Shown: piece by piece, positions 62,560-64,000 of the stretch
Layout of the letters: each line of letters begins with the position of its first letter
How positions within the stretch are numbered: the stretch's first letter is position 1
Assembly (NCBI GenBank): GCA_036820645.1
Contig: DAISLB010000005.1
Coordinates: 9,346-73,345, forward strand
Source of the DNA: Clostridium sp.
GTDB lineage: Bacteria > Bacillota > Clostridia > Clostridiales > Clostridiaceae
Reading direction: 5' to 3'
Length of the DNA stretch: 64,000 nucleotides
Notes under the pieces: model-generated
Told to the model about the DNA's origin: nothing
Databases searched by the model: none
What the model saw: the letters and a program-made list of their open reading frames with translations, nothing else
Translations under genes and position numbers: made by a program

Positions 62560-62982
62560 ATGGAAATTTCTAGAATTGGCGTAACTTCTAAACCTTCTTC
62601 AAGTAATAAAAATATATCTGTTAAAAAAGACTTTTCCCAGAGTTTTAACTCACAAATGGATAAAAAGTCAGAGCAGGAACTTAAAAATATGTTTGATAGT
62701 ATAAAAAAGAGAGGAAACAGACTTGCCATAACAAAATGCTATGCAGATGTAAAAGCTTATAAAAAAATGATAAAAGAATACCTTGAATCCGTCTTAAGCT
62801 ACATGTACAGTGTAAAAAAAGATATAAGCTTCTGGCAAACCCAATATTTTATAACTGTAGATACTATAGATAGTAAATTAGAGGATCTAACCAGCATGCT
62901 CATGAGTGAACAAAAAGATAACTTAAATGTGGCAGCTACTATAGACGATATAAGTGGTCTTTTAGTAGATATATATAAATAG
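62560..62982 (+). CDS. YaaR/DUF327 family protein
   Basis: GAGGTGGAGG RBS; YKKMIKEYL and IDDISGLLVD pattern. Confidence 0.75.
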   Translation: MEISRIGVTSKPSSSNKNISVKKDFSQSFNSQMDKKSEQELKNMFDSIKKRGNRLAITKCYADVKAYKKMIKEYLESVLSYMYSVKKDISFWQTQYFITVDTIDSKLEDLTSMLMSEQKDNLNVAATIDDISGLLVDIYK

Positions 62983-62986
62983 GTAC

Positions 62987-64000
62987 TTATATAACTGAGG
63001 CTAACAAAAGAAGTTCCTCATTGTCATTATATATCTTTGGAAATTGGCTTATTGAAAGTGGGTTGGTGTCCTTGCCAACTTCTATAGTAAAGCCAGGCCT
63101 GCCGTGGCTTTTTATAAACCAATCCTTATATCCTGAATAAGATGTTATTCCTGAAGTCTGTTCCAACCTATATCCACTTACCCTGGCAAACAATTCTCCT
63201 ATCCTCCTTGATTCTGGAGGTGTAAGTGCATTGTACTGCCAGTAAATAACCTCACCCTGGCTGTGATATGCTAAAACCAATCTGAAATTATGACTATTTG
63301 TAAATGCCACCATAGACCTAGTTTCAGGTTCTGATTCAGGATAAGGTCCTGAATACCTAGTAGGTCCTGGACCGTATACGCCATAACTCTGTTCTGCAGC
63401 TTTTGAAAGCTCCCAACCTGCATTATAGTTATGATTAATATCTACTCCCCTATTATTAGCCTGCCAATCTTTAGAAAAATCGTTATTTCCTTTATTCCAC
63501 TTTATAAGCTCATTATAAAATGGATTACTTCTCCCTAATCCATTTAAAACTAAATCTACACCATCTGGATTTACCATTGGAACTACATATATACTGCTTC
63601 TCTTCCATATATCAGCTGGATTATAGCCTCTTACATTCCTGCCTTCTGCATAAGCTTTTGCAAAATTTTCTATAAATTTCATTAAAAGTGGAGTAGTAAT
63701 CCATTCCAGACTGTGGTGGGATCCATTGTAAAATACCTCATTGATACCTACTCCAAGTCTTACATAATAAATCTTCCTTCCAAGCACACTCTGTCCTGCA
63801 TTTCCTATAATTATAAAAGGATATCTAGCTTCCAGCCCCACTAAGTCTTGCTCCAATATATCATAAGTATAATTTATATTTGTGTCCACTACGTCTACAT
63901 TATAAGGCACCTTAATTATTGTTCCTGGAATCAATCCTAATGCTTGTACTTGTGGATTAGCTACTGCTATTTTATAAACTTGAGTTCCATATTTTTTAGC
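62987..64000 (-). CDS. LysM-containing M14 zinc peptidase (gamma-D-Glu-mDAP endopeptidase-like), 5' end outside window
   Basis: HSLEW, VNPDG, GVDINHN, YHSQG, TIE; frame stays open to 64000 with LysM-like AKKYGTQVYKIAVANP...LIPGTIIKVP. Confidence 0.88.
   Translation of the reverse strand, partial: AKKYGTQVYKIAVANPQVQALGLIPGTIIKVPYNVDVVDTNINYTYDILEQDLVGLEARYPFIIIGNAGQSVLGRKIYYVRLGVGINEVFYNGSHHSLEWITTPLLMKFIENFAKAYAEGRNVRGYNPADIWKRSSIYVVPMVNPDGVDLVLNGLGRSNPFYNELIKWNKGNNDFSKDWQANNRGVDINHNYNAGWELSKAAEQSYGVYGPGPTRYSGPYPESEPETRSMVAFTNSHNFRLVLAYHSQGEVIYWQYNALTPPESRRIGELFARVSGYRLEQTSGITSYSGYKDWFIKSHGRPGFTIEVGKDTNPLSISQFPKIYNDNEELLLLASVI

Noticed and set aside
1026..62729. Many short ORFs in the track that overlap larger genes (for example 22398-22856, 32567-33133, 46050-46715, 62496-62729)
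   Set aside because: Antisense or alternate-frame shadows of well-supported genes, with no RBS or recognisable motif.

Overview
Low-GC (~30%) clostridial chromosome segment. Gene content and order resemble acetogens of the Clostridium ljungdahlii/autoethanogenum group. Almost all genes are on the minus strand. In minus-strand order it holds: a LysM/M14 peptidase (partial), a P-type Ca2+ ATPase, a polyphosphate cluster (ppk1, two Ppx/GppA paralogs, an HD protein), nadE, an NfeD/SPFH pair, a two-component system, addB with no adjacent addA, a 6S-like small RNA, the selenocysteine formate dehydrogenase/electron-bifurcating hydrogenase cluster (fdhA-moeA-mobB-fdhD-hytCBDE1AE2), a sigma54 activator, a KimA-like transporter, thrR-like/T-box(Thr)/hom/thrB, the maf-radC-mreBCD-pbp2-minCDE-rodA-mgsA block, spoIVF-like genes, a radical SAM pair, rng, and rplU-prp-rpmA-obgE-nadD-yqeK. 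No transposase, integrase, phage gene, rRNA, tRNA or CRISPR array was seen. The most unusual signals are intergenic: (1) eight copies of a palindromic element whose arms are four to five tandem heptamers that change sequence between sub-families but stay complementary; (2) a MITE-like shell (13-bp terminal inverted repeats, 7-8 bp flanking duplications) that wraps different cores and twice sits in the arm of another copy; (3) a complete sigma54 unit (three enhancer palindromes, -24/-12 promoter, RBS, 23-bp terminator) that would transcribe only about 125 nt, encoding at most a 19-aa peptide. All calls were made by eye, without database searches.
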